This document shows positions 1 to 11,139 of a stretch of 64,000 bases of DNA, piece by piece (position 1 is the first letter of the stretch; each line of letters opens with the position of its first letter). The DNA comes from Lama guanicoe. Lineage: Eukaryota. The stretch spans positions 5,195,078-5,259,077 of the forward strand of contig MU054001.1 in assembly GCA_013239625.1 (NCBI GenBank), given 5' to 3'. A program made the translations under genes and the position numbers. The notes beneath the pieces were generated by a model that saw only the letters and a list, made by a program, of their open reading frames with translations, made no database searches and was not told the DNA's origin.

Positions 1-380
1 TTTGTAGTGTCTTTGCCTGGTTTTGGTATCAGGGTGATGGTGGCTTCATAGAATGAGTTTGGGAGTATTCCCTCCTTTTCAATCGTCTGGAAGAGTTTGA
101 GAAGGACTGGTATGAGTTCTTCTTTGTATGTTTGGTAGAATTCCCTGGTGAAGCCATCCGGTCCTGGACTTTTATTTGTAGGGAGGTTTTTAATTGCTAT
201 TTCTATTTCCTTTCTAGTGATCGGATTGTTCAAGTGTTCAGTTTCTTCTTGATTCAGTTTTGGTGGACAGTATGTTTCCAGAAACTTGTCCATCTCCTCT
301 AGGTTATCCAGTTTGGTTCCATATAGTTTTTCATAATATTCTTGTATGATATTCTGTATTTCTATTTTGTTTGTTGTAAT
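1..380 (-). mobile_element. Young LINE-1, 5'-truncated within ORF2 (region just upstream of the RT domain); continues beyond the window start
   Basis: Reverse strand translates without stops: [46 protein letters not shown]...[57 protein letters not shown], hallmark L1 ORF2 motifs. Confidence 0.97.
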
Positions 381-394
381 AAAAGCTAACTCTT

Positions 395-560
395 GGGGAG
401 AAGGTATAGCTCATTGGTAGAGTGTGTGCTTAGCATGTACAATGCCCTGAGTTCAGTCCCCAGTACCTCCATTAAAAAATACATAAATAAATAAATCTAA
501 TTGCCCCCTGCCTGCCCCCAAAAAAGAAAAAAAATAAAATGTTTAAAAAATTTTTAGAAA
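395..560 (+). mobile_element. tRNA-Ala-derived SINE (camelid Vic-1 type)
   Basis: GGGGAGAAGGTATAGCTCATTGGTAGAG (A box)...GAGTTCAGTCCCCAGTACCTCC (B box), then AT-rich/C-rich/A-rich tail; partial TSD AAAAGCTAA at 381-389 and 561-569. Confidence 0.85.
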
Positions 561-570
561 AAAAGCTAAT

Positions 571-765
571 GTATCAGGTACTGCTCTACCACTTTATGTT
601 ATGAACTCCTTTATGCCTTATAACAATTCTGCGAGGTGTTTGCCTTTATCTCCAACCCAAAGATGAGGAAATAGAGTACAGTAAATGGCAAATTATTTGA
701 GCCAAGATGACCCAATACAAACCCAAGCAGTCTGGCCCCAGAACCCACTCTTAACTTCTATGGTA
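571..765 (-). mobile_element. MIR SINE relic
   Basis: AGATGAGGAAA core and AACCCAAGCAGTCTGGCCCCAGAACCCACTCTTAAC resemble the MIR minus strand. Confidence 0.7.
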
Positions 766-889
766 AAATTGCCCAATGATCATAATAATTAATAGTAAAA
801 TTGCTAAGCAATAAGATATAAATAATAAAGATAATCTAAATAAAACAATGCATCCCTCACAGACCTCTTGTGAAGAGTCAGTGAAGGGA

Positions 890-1448
890 TGTTAGTGTCT
901 TAACCAGGGCTTTTATTTTCTGTATTCTGTTGCTTTGACATCTGGGCCTTGCTGGCCTTGGGGGACTGCCCCACCCAGGGTCAGCCAATTCCTAGAGGTA
1001 GGAAATGGCTCTCTTAGGGGGGCTTGATTTTCAAATATAAACCAACCCACCCAGAGCCCACATCTTAAACCATCTCCTTAACTAAGTTCCCACACCCCAG
1101 GCTACCATCTTCCTGCCCTAATCACTCAAGGGTCAGATGACAGACAACTGAACAGCCCCTACCCACCAGGGTCCACTGAAATCATTCAAATTAGGAAACC
1201 CTAAACCTGAATATTTGGCTTGTTCATTCTTTCTTGCGAAAATACAATGAAGGCCCTGGCCACCATGTCCCTCTCTCCCCGTGGCTCTCGACTGGACCCA
1301 GTGCTTTCCATGTGCCCCCCCCCCGTGGTGTGGTGTGCCCCCTTCTCTTGGAAACTGTAACAAACTCACTTTTCAGTGGTAGTCATCTCCTGATCTGTTG
1401 GCCTTATAAGACCTCAAATTTTCTATCAGTACATTATGTTTAAAAACC
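890..1448 (+). mobile_element. ERV1 solo LTR (MER34/MER39-like), inserted in a MIR fragment
   Basis: Starts TG; TGCTTTGACATCTGGGCCTTGCTGG...CAGCCAATTCCTAGAG motif recalled from the MER39 class; MIR-like sequence on both sides. Confidence 0.7.
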
Positions 1449-1521
1449 GTAAGTGAAAATTCTTTGCACTGATATAACCTAATATATATTACGATGATCC
1501 TGAGCAAGTGTAAGTTATTAT

Positions 1522-1597
1522 AATATTGAACTGGGGAGGGGCTTCAAGATGGTGGAATGGAAGGACGTGGAGCTCACGCTCTCCCACAAACACAGCG
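1522..1597 (+). mobile_element. Isolated LINE-1 5'-terminal fragment (YY1 motif) between 22-bp direct repeats
   Basis: CAAGATGGTGGAATGGAAGGACGTGGAGCTCACGCTCTCCCACAAACAC closely matches the L1 5' end at 48522-48575; repeats at 1500-1521 and 1598-1619. Confidence 0.8.
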
Positions 1598-1644
1598 CTG
1601 AACAAATGTAAGTTATTATCCCCTTATCCATGTGGGGAGAAGCA

Positions 1645-1860
1645 ATATGTACTGAATACCTACCAATTTTGTGTCTGCTATTTTACATACATAATTTCAC
1701 TTAATCATCAGTATTGTTATGGTAAAAACTCGGAGTTTACCCACTGTACAGATAAGAAAACTGAGAGGACAGATTTGAGCAGTTTGCTTGGGTCATCCAG
1801 CTTGTAGATGACAGCTTTTGGGCTTAATTCCCTATTTGTCTGATCTGAAAGCTTCTGTCC
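1645..1860 (-). mobile_element. MIR SINE relic
   Basis: TACAGATAAGAAAACTGAG core, CATAATTTCACTTAATC. Confidence 0.7.
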
Positions 1861-2549
1861 CCTGCTTCATCCAAGAGGGGACTGCAAGAGGTCCCTGTGA
1901 ACCCCGTGCCAGAGGGAATAAGAAAACAGACTCCAAATGAGAAGTCCTTTGCTCTTTGTCCTCCCAAATCATCTTCCCTTTCTACTGTGTCTCAAGGATG
2001 CTTTCTCCAGAAAGAAATTTTGCCTCACATCAGCCTTTGCTTCTTTATGTATTAATTCATTCTTCAGCTCATTTGTAAGACACAGGGTGATGCCCGCTTT
2101 TAAATAGTGCATGCCTTCATTTCACCTTGGCCTGGATCAATATTTCCACTTGTCCCAAACCGTCAACTCTCCATCACCACCCCTTTGTCTGTTATCCGCC
2201 TTCTCACTGCAGTTCCCTTGTCATAGGCAGCTCATTAGGCTGCGCTCATATCCCGGAGCCAGCGACTGGCTGTTAGAGTGGGCACTCCCACGTTCCACCT
2301 CCCCACAATATGGAACTCCACTGTGACGGACAGTTCCTTCAGTGTGAGAAGATATTCTGATGAGAACTCTTAGGAATAAACTCTTCTGGGGGGATGTGCT
2401 GCCATCCAGCAGAAATGGGGTGGAGCAGTACTTTGGAGAAGGGACTATAACCCCTCAGGTCTCTAGAAAAGGAGAAAAGGGCTGTGAGTGGACTTGCCCA
2501 ACAATCCCCACTCTGACCGTAGAAGCATTATCCTTGGCACTCGGAAGCG

Positions 2550-3045
2550 GTTGATAGTGGACATCAGTGTTCTCACCCTCTCTTCCCCCTCCCTGTGGGT
2601 CTCAGCAGCATCTCTTCCTCCAGGGGAACCATGCCTCCTCTACTCAATGCCTGTGGACTCTAGGGGAGTGATACCATCCTCCCAGTGCCAGAACTGACCA
2701 GTTGGACTGTTGTAACTACAACCAACTTAAGTTAATAAGAATCAATCTTGCAATTTAAAATGAAAAGGTGGCCTTTCCTTGGGGGTGGGTCAGCTAGTGG
2801 GAAGTGGGTGTGGAGTTGCTGGTGGCCATATTGGTCCCCTGGCCTGAGAATGAAGCCAATGAGGAGGAAAGCAGAGATGGGGTGGGAAGACAGTCAGTCA
2901 TCCCTCTGGCCTGGTCTGTACACTCAGGTCAAGTTCAGCCTCAAATTAGATCCTCTGCCTGACTCTCCATTGTGTGAGTTGCTACTGTCTCTTTTTTTCT
3001 TAAATCAGATTGAATTGGGTTCTGTCTCTGGCATCTGTAGCTAGT
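2550..3045 (+). mobile_element. Old ERVL-type LTR relic (LTR16/LTR33-like)
   Basis: 3' end TTTTTCTTAAATCAGATTGAATTGGGTTCTGTCTCTGGCATC and GAGAATGAAGCCAATGAGGAGGAAAGCAGAG typical of this class. Confidence 0.5.
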
Positions 3046-3099
3046 ACCCTTCTAGGCCACACAGGGAGGACCCTAGATCTGCTCCAGACACACTGGCCT

Positions 3100-3465
3100 T
3101 ATTTTCCCTTCTTTGATGGCTCCAGTCTTGTCTCTTGAAGTTACTTTTCCTGGGGCTGTCCTCCTCCACTCCTGTTTTCCTGGATAACTTCTATTTAATC
3201 TCTAAACCTCTTAGCTCAGATGTCATGCCTACCAGACCAAGGCGGGCCCTCTTGTTATACACTCCATGCACTCTTACTCTTTCCTTCAGAGCACTTAGTT
3301 GCAGTTGTAATCATGCCTTCGTTTTGGTAATTCTCTGGTTGTCCACTTCCCAACTGGCGGCCCCTTGAGAGCAGAGATTCTGTCTGCTTTGCTGTGCAGT
3401 AGAGCCCCAGCACCGAGCAGAGTGCCTGATACACAGTGTGTGCTCAATGAATCTTTGTTGAATAA
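3100..3465 (+). mobile_element. L2 LINE 3' end relic
   Basis: CAGAGTGCCTGATACACAGTGTGTGCTCAATGAATCTTTGTTGAATAA is a degenerate L2 terminus. Confidence 0.7.
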
Positions 3466-5019
3466 CTGTATAAGTAAAATAACTTTTATTCCTCTGTGGA
3501 CAACACAGAGTTTTACGAAAAGACACTTACCCATTGGATGGGGGCCCAGGAAGACAAACCAGTGGCTGTCCCATCTGTTAAGTCTCAATAGAAAGACGTG
3601 TGACTTGGGGGAGCGGGATCACGGTCCTCGAATATCCAAAGGAGGGTATTTGGATGGAGGGTGGAGTCTTGCTCCTAATTCTCCATGGAATGGGTTGGCA
3701 GACAACGGGGGATAGTATCCAAGAGGCAGGCACTGACTCTATATGAGAAAGGACTAGGTGAGACCCACGCTGGGAATTCTGATGATAGATTCTAGAAAAT
3801 GTTCTATATTTATTAAAGTTTCTGTGAGGACCGTTTGAGTGGTCCCATGGACCTTTGGCTGTATGTGCAGATCCAGAATCACCATTGTAGATCTTAGTTT
3901 CAGAGAACTGCAAGATTAAGAGACAGCATAGAGATCTAACTTCCTGCCCTGCTCCTCCCTGTAGCATGACTCTCAGGCCATGGAGCTCAGCTGGAACGGT
4001 CCCAGTGACGAAGAGAGCCCACCTTACTAAGGACAGTCTGCCTGCGGTGTACTTCTATCTCCACCCCTCCTTTATGCCCCTCGTGCAGGGTGCCTCTTAG
4101 AGAATGCTTGGACTGTGCCTTCAGAGCCTTCGGGTTGGTCTCTGCATAGTCAACAAGCCACAGGGTGTCAATGTCAACCTTACAGCTAATATTGCTCAGA
4201 AATAGGAATTTTGACGTGAGATGTTGTCGCTAATAAAGATGCGCCTGCTGGTGAACTGGCTAATATCTTGGCTTCCTCAGCCCCTTTGCTACCTCCGCAC
4301 AGACGACTCCGAAGAGATAATTACTTTTCCGCCAATATAAACATGACTGCAATCAATACAGTTAGTGAGTAATATGATTTTCAGAAGAAAAGAAAACACC
4401 GATGTTAAAGACGTTTATATTGACATGATGCTGGTCTGGCGCGTGTGTGAGCGCGTGCACCGTCCTTGGGAAAGAACTCAGAACCATGAGTCTCCCGGTT
4501 GCCCCAGCCTGGCTGATGACACAACTTCTCCTCTGCCCCAGATGTAGCTCTGGGGAAAGCAGAGTGAGAATCATGCCAAGGGGAGTCAGAGTTTTCTAGA
4601 AAAAATGTTACTCAGAGACTCAGATCTCTTTTGGTTGGAGGTTTGTGTTCCCTGTTCTTTCCTTAGGCTGTGGGGCCTTTGGCCAATTGTTTTTCTTCTC
4701 TGGGTTTCATTTGCATCATCTACTAAGAGAGAATGATTTCCCCCATTGAAACACCCTCTAAGTGATGCTGTAAGGATCTGATGACAAAGTTGGAATGGCT
4801 TCAGAAACCATAATGTCTTTGACACATGCCAAGTGGTCTTTCCATCCTGGTTGCCCCCTGGCCTCCTTCATTCCCATTTTATAACACTAGTAGGGGGTGG
4901 AAATTCTCCCCACCTGAAACTTGCCATCAAGTCCTGGGGAGTCTATTTGGCCAAAGCAGAAGCTATAAAAGCAGAGCTGTTGGAAGGAAAGAGAACACCA
5001 ATAAGAGCATTCACAGTAT

Positions 5020-5480
5020 CAAATATTTATTGATCACTCATTATGGATCTGCCCTGGGTTAAACATTTTACATCAATCATTACATTTAATTCTTGCAACA
5101 GTTATGTACTATTGTCATCCTTCTTTTACAGATGAGTAAATGTAGACTGAAGTGAGTATCAAAGAATGGAGAGTGCTCTTTTAGAAAGAATGGGCAGGAA
5201 AGGCCTCTCTGAAGAAGTGACATTTGAGCCAAGAAGTGAACCCTGTGACTATCAGAGAGAACTCCCCAGGTTAAGGTGTTGAGTGAGGAATCTGCTCAGG
5301 GTGGCTGCCTAGTTGAGGGCTAGGAGAAGATTTGCAGAGGATAAGCCAGAGAGGTGGGCAGGGTGAGGTTATTGGGGATCTCCAAGACGGTGGCGAGAAG
5401 TTTAAGTCCTAGTCTAGCTGTGAACATGGTGGCCATGAGACATAAATGAAAGGATAGGTCCAAAGTGGCTGTGAACTGCA
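5020..5480 (-). mobile_element. MIR relic followed by an L2 relic
   Basis: TTTTACAGATGAG MIR core (~5125); GGAAAGGCCTCTCTGAAGAAGTGACATTTGAGC L2 motif (~5200). Confidence 0.65.
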
Positions 5481-6576
5481 AAACATTAAACTGATATGAT
5501 ATGCTGTTATAGTTATTCATTCATTCATTCAACAATCTCTCCATCCCACCCTCATACTAGTCCAAGTCCAAGTCCTTTATTCAAAGGAGCTCAGGTTCAA
5601 AACACTTCTAATTGTTTCCTGGATTCCAGATGGAGTGTTAATGGACCAACCTTGACCTCTGAGGACTCATGAACTAAGAATTGATCAAGTGTGAGAAGCC
5701 CAGAATGAGGCAGTCCCCAGGAATCCCTCCTTCTGGTTTCTTTCCAAGCTAACAAGACATTAAAAGAAGACCTGCTCCCTGGGTATGAGGAAGTGTGTAA
5801 TGGGCCATTGCAAGATGAGCCATGATTACTCTGAAGATAGACTTGGAGCTATTCCAGAGAGAAAGGCTCACTTCTAATCATCCAGAGATTTCCTATTGGG
5901 ATTTAGTGTAGCCTAGAAAGAAATGACATTAAATACTCTTCCCCAGCACCAAAGGAAAAATACAGAACAGAGAATTTACAAACTTATGGATTTTACAACA
6001 GAGGATTTTCACAGCCCCACATTGGTTTGCAGCCTCAAATCTGGAATCACCCCATGTGCAAGGAATAAAGCAATACAGACATATCTGATGCATAAAGTAA
6101 TTCACAGCTGATGGGTCCAAGTAGCGTCCAAGTTAGGATAGAATTATTGGGCAGTTACCCAAAACTGGAATCCTCTGTACTTTAAAAGTAGAAAATATTT
6201 TTATTATCTTAAGACTTTGTAATTTTGCCAATTTAATGGCAAATGGCATTAATGGCAATCTTGCCAATTTAATGGTTAAATATTTTCTCACTGTTGCTTT
6301 ATTTTCTTGATTACAAATAAAGCATTTTTTTAAAGGAGAAGAGAGATGTATTTGTAGACTTTAAGCACTGATGATAGCAACACAAAGCAGATCACTTTTT
6401 TTTTTTTTTGTGGTTTGCCTTTGGCAGGACATTTCCTCCTCTTTCTGGAGATATGTGAATAGAAGTAAGATATGTTATCCAAAGCAACACCATTTAGCCA
6501 AATACATGTCCAACATGTCTATTGTTTGTCTCTTGGGTGTTAATTCATTCAACAAGCAGGTATGAGACATCACCTC

Positions 6577-6955
6577 TATTAGGAAAGTAGTTATTGCTGG
6601 CTCCTGCAACAGAAACCTCTCAAACTCAGTAGCTTGACCCAAGAGAGGGTTATGCCTCACTCATACAAAGCCCTGTGTGGGTTGGATGGATTTCCCACAC
6701 AGTTCTACTCCAGGTGGTGATGCAGGGATCCAGGCCATTCCTATCTTGTAGCTATGTCATCAGAGCAAGGGGTCCCCAGACCATGGTGGTGGGGAAAGAA
6801 AGGGCTAAGGGCTCACCTTGGAAGTGACTTGCATGACTGTTACCCACATTTTATTGGCCAAAATCCAATCATGTGACCCTGCCAAGCTGCAAGGGAGTCT
6901 GGGAAGTGTAGCAGAGCACATGGACAGATATGGGCTCTCACATCCTCTGCCATAC
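6577..6955 (-). mobile_element. MaLR LTR relic (MLT1J/K/L-like)
   Basis: CAAACTCAGTAGCTTGAC...CACATTTTATTGGCCAAAATCCAATCATGTGAC...CTGCAAGGGAGTCTGGGAAGTGTAG. Confidence 0.6.
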
Positions 6956-7560
6956 ACGTTAACTGTCAGCCCTGTGCATAATGAGAGGGATATACAGGGG
7001 ACTAAGACATGGACACACCCATCAATTCACAGTTCAATTGGAAAATAAAGTTCATACATAATTATGCCATAAGGCAGAATATGATTGGTAAATAATAAGA
7101 ATTATCAATTAGGTGCTACAAATCTCTCACCATTTTAAATGGCAGTATAGGTAGAGAGAACAGCAAGACAAAGTTGTGGAGGCCAGAAAACATGAGTTGT
7201 GTCTTGTTAATAGTGAGATAACACTTTAGCAAAAGACAGGGACATGTGAAGGAGACAAGTGGCAGGAAATAAATCTGAAAATTTAATATAGGCACAAATC
7301 AGAGAAAAGATAAGGAGTTTCAGAAGTCATTGACCATTTTTGAGGAAGAAAAGATTAAGTGAAGGAATTAATTTAATAAACACCAGTTTAACCCAAACAA
7401 GAAAAACATGTAATCACTTTGTGCCTTGATATACTTATCCATAAAATGGTGATTTTTTTTTCCTGACTTAAAGTTTAATTTACATTTTACAGGTTAGTAA
7501 TGGATTTCTCTAACAATATTCTTTCTTGAAACATTTTTTTGGTATTTTATTAAAAAATTT

Positions 7561-8373
7561 TATGTTGCTGCAAATGGCATTATATTGTCGGTTTTTATGG
7601 CTGAGTAGTATTCCATTGTATAAATATACCACTTCTTCTTTATCTAGTCATCTGTTGATGGACATTTAGGATGTTTCCATGTCTTGGCTATTGTAAATAG
7701 TGCTGCTATGAGCATTGGGGTGCAGGTGTCATCCTGAAATAGAGTTCCTTCTGGATATATGCCCAGAGTGGGATTCCTGGGTCATACAGTAAGTCTATTC
7801 CTAGTCTTTTGAGGAATCTCCATACTGTTTTCCACAGTGGCTGGACCAAACTGCATTGCCACCAGCAGTGTAGGAGGGTTCCCCTTTCTCCACAACCTCT
7901 CCAGCATTTGTCCTGGAGAATGTCATTCTAAGAGAAGTAAGCCAGAAAGAGAAAGAAAAATACCATATGAGATCACTCGTATGTTGAAATCCCCCCCCCC
8001 AAAAAAAACCCACAACAAAAAAACCCAACCAAACAAAACAAACAAAACATAAATACAAAATAGAAACAGACTCATAGACATAGAATACAAACTTGTGGTT
8101 TCCAAAGGGGTAGAGGGTGGGAAGGGATAGACTGAGATTTCAAAATGTAGAATAGATAAACAAGATTATACTGTATAGCACAGGGAAATACATACAAGAT
8201 CTTAGCTCACAGAGAAAAAAATGTGACAATGAATATATATATGTTCATGTATAACTGAAAAATTGTGCTCTATGCTGGATTTTGATACAACATTGTAAAA
8301 TGATTATAAATCAATAAAAAATGTTAAAGAAATAAAATAAAATGCAGGATTTCAAAAAACAAAAAACAACAAC
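7561..8373 (+). mobile_element. Young L1 with 5' inversion (7561-7910 antisense, 7911-8373 sense)
   Basis: Both segments derive from adjacent L1 ORF2-end sequence; A-rich tail; TSD AAAAAATTT at 7552-7560 and 8374-8382 at a TT/AAAA site. Confidence 0.9.
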
Positions 8374-8382
8374 AAAAAATTT

Positions 8383-8515
8383 AAACACATTTGTTGTGGT
8401 ATAATTCCTGTTCAGTAAACTACACATATTTCTGATGTACAATTTTGATAGATGTATATGTCTATACACACCACCACAATCAAGATAGCTAACAGTTCCA
8501 TCACTCCCCAAGAGG
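8383..8515 (-). mobile_element. Old L1M (L1MA/MB-type) 3' end fragment
   Basis: TTGTGGTATAATT...CACCACCACAATCAAGATAGCTAACAGTTCCATCACTCCCCAA. Confidence 0.7.
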
Positions 8516-8791
8516 TGCAAATTTCAAACTCCCAATTTATCCCTTCCCCCACCCCCTTTGTCCCCTGGTAACTGTAAGTTTGTTTTCTATGTCTGTGAGT
8601 CTGTTTCTGTTTTGTAGAAAAATTCATCTGTGTCCTTTTTTTAAGATTCTATATATAAGTGATGTCATATGGTATTTTTCTTTCTCTTTCTGGCTTACTT
8701 CACTTAGAATGACGATCTTCATGTTGGTCCAACCATGTTGCTGCAAATGGCATTATTGTATTCTTTTTCATGGCTAAGAACTATTCTATTG
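8516..8791 (-). mobile_element. L1 ORF2-end/3'UTR fragment
   Basis: Reverse complement of the same L1 3' region seen at 15140-15405 and 52410-52675. Confidence 0.9.
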
Positions 8792-8960
8792 TGTAACAAC
8801 TCTGTGCCTTGGTATACTTACCTGTAAAATGGTGATATTAATCTTTATTTTTATGGCTGTTGTGAGGATTAAATGAATAAATACACCTAAAATGCTTACA
8901 TGTAGTTACACTAATATGTGTAATAGTGCCTGACATAATAAGCAGTTTCTATGAATACTA
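8792..8960 (+). mobile_element. MIR SINE relic
   Basis: CTCTGTGCCTT...CTGTAAAATGG...GTTGTGAGGATTAAATGA...AGTGCCTGACATAATAAGCA. Confidence 0.75.
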
Positions 8961-9669
8961 GCTGAAGAATATGTGGTCTTGTTTTACTAACACCTCTAAG
9001 GGAGGCAATTATAACTCAAAAGAAAATCTTGACCAGGCCATTAAAGAGATTGCCCAAAAGGACTGACAACCAGGATAAGAAGACCAAAATACCTATAGTG
9101 AAGATAGAAGTGTTTTTCTGGAAACCCCAATATTTCAGGAAGGCCACATTCCCCTCCAAGTGCCCTCTTGCTTCAGTTCAAGCCAGGAAAATAGTTGCAT
9201 AGAAATCCATTAATAGTCAAATTCTGAATCTGGCTTGGACTCAGTAGACCCTGTCCCAATCCATCCTCAATGGTAGGAAGAACTAATTTAGAGAGAGTAA
9301 AGGAGAAAGAGCGTGAAAAAACTAAAATCACTGTATGTAATCTAGTTTTGTAAATATGTATTGATGCTTATTGCATTCCAGACCCTGTGCTGGGCACTGG
9401 GGTTGAATAAAACCCTGCCAATGGCTTAGGGACACAAGTCAGGTGAGGGGGACAAGAGTATAACTAGTAAGTTTAAGGGTCACAGAGCAGGGTAATTACC
9501 ATATGAAAGTAATTATCCTGTGAGGCATCAGCATAGTGGAGAGGGTAGAAGTGTCAGAAAAATCTCCTGGGAGACATGGCACTGAAGTTGGGTTTTGGAG
9601 ATTGAATAGGAGTTCACCAGATGGAAAAGGAGAGTAGAGAAGTGAACCAAAGAGAAGAAGTGCTCTAGG

Positions 9670-10315
9670 ATCTTGCTTCTCAAAATGTGGTTCATAGCCC
9701 AGCATCATCATAACCACCTGCACAATTTCAAACCTCATCTCAGATCTGCTGAATGAGAATCTGTGTCTTTTTTTTTAACATTTTTTATTGATTTATAATT
9801 ATCTTACAATGTTGTGTCAAATTCCAGTGTAGAGCACAATTTTTCAGTTATACATGAACATATATATATTCATTGTCATATTTTTTTCTCTGTGAGCTAT
9901 CACAAGATCTTGTGTATATTTCCCTGTGCTATACAGTATAATCTTGTTTATCTATTCTACAATTTTGAAATCCCAGTCTATCCCTTCCCACCTTCCACCC
10001 CCTTGGCAACCACAAGTTTGTATTCTATGTCTATGAGTCTGTTTCTGTTTTGTATTTATGCATCGTTTGTTTGTTTGTTTGTTTTTAGATTCCAAGTATG
10101 AGCAATCTTATATGGTATTTTTCTTTCTCTTTCTGGCTTACTTCACTTAGAATGACATTCTCCAGGAGCACCCATGTTGCTGCCAATGACGTTATGTTGT
10201 TGGTTTTTATGGCTGAGTAGTATTCCATTGTATATATACACCACATGAGAATCTGTGTTTTAACAAAATCCCATTGTGATTTATGGGCACCTTAGTATCT
10301 GACAGCACTAATCTA
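9670..10315. mobile_element. MER5-type hAT-Charlie MITE split by an L1 insertion
   Basis: TTCTCAAAATGTGGTTC...GAATGAGAATCTG / TTTTAACAAAATCCC...GTGATT halves flank the L1. Confidence 0.65.
9767..10244 (-). mobile_element. Young 5'-truncated L1 3' end
   Basis: Poly-T start, L1 3'UTR and ORF2 end; perfect 14-bp TSD ATGAGAATCTGTGT at 9753-9766 and 10245-10258. Confidence 0.95.
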
Positions 10316-11139
10316 GGAGGACTAAACAGTCAGAGCAAAAGAAGGAGAGAAATCTGGACATGACCAGGGAACTCTAAGAAGCTTAGACCAACTCAAGAGC
10401 CAGCCAGGGGCAGTGGTAGCTGAGGCTAGGGAGGCAGATCCCACACCCACACCACATTTGCAAGGAAGATAAGACCATCCTCAACCCAAGGTCCCCTGCT
10501 TGGAACCCCCAGGCCTGTCCAATAGCAGTCGAGACTCAAATCATGGCCAAGTGAGGGGTGCTGGCAGCTTGACTCTGGCAACTGTCTTACCTTAGACCAG
10601 AACTGACCTCCATTTGCATTTCCTTCTCCAGACCTGGGTCCATTAAAGCCAATTCAGCTGTTTACCTATGCCCACATCACAGGGCTGCTCTGATGAAAGT
10701 TCATGCAGACCAGTCAATCAGGTCTAATTGTCCTGTTGCGATTCCTTGCCAGTAACTAAGATGTGGGGACCCACTGACATGACTGGCATGACTGCATCAC
10801 AGCTTTCAGAATACCCATGGATGCTGCAGGCTTCCACGTGCAGTGGTGTGTGTGTGTGTGTGCTCACACACGTGCACATGCGTGTATGGTCATCTCTGCA
10901 GCACACACAGAAAAGAGCTTCTCAAATCAACCCACCTCCTTCCTGTGGTCCCTTCTCCAGGAGTAAAGGTGGATCCACAAGACAGATCGGAGATACAGAC
11001 ACCGTAACCTTCATTCACAGAATCTATGGACCATTACTTGATCTTCAGGTTCTCTTTCTCCTTGCCTTTTGGCAGAATCATGAGGCAATTTTCCTTGTCC
11101 CCTACTCATTCTGTCCTTATCCTCAAATAATAGCCACAT

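Noticed and set aside
395..470. tRNA-Ala gene (also 38690-38767)
   Set aside because: Degenerate stems and SINE-type A-rich tails indicate SINE copies, not functional tRNAs.
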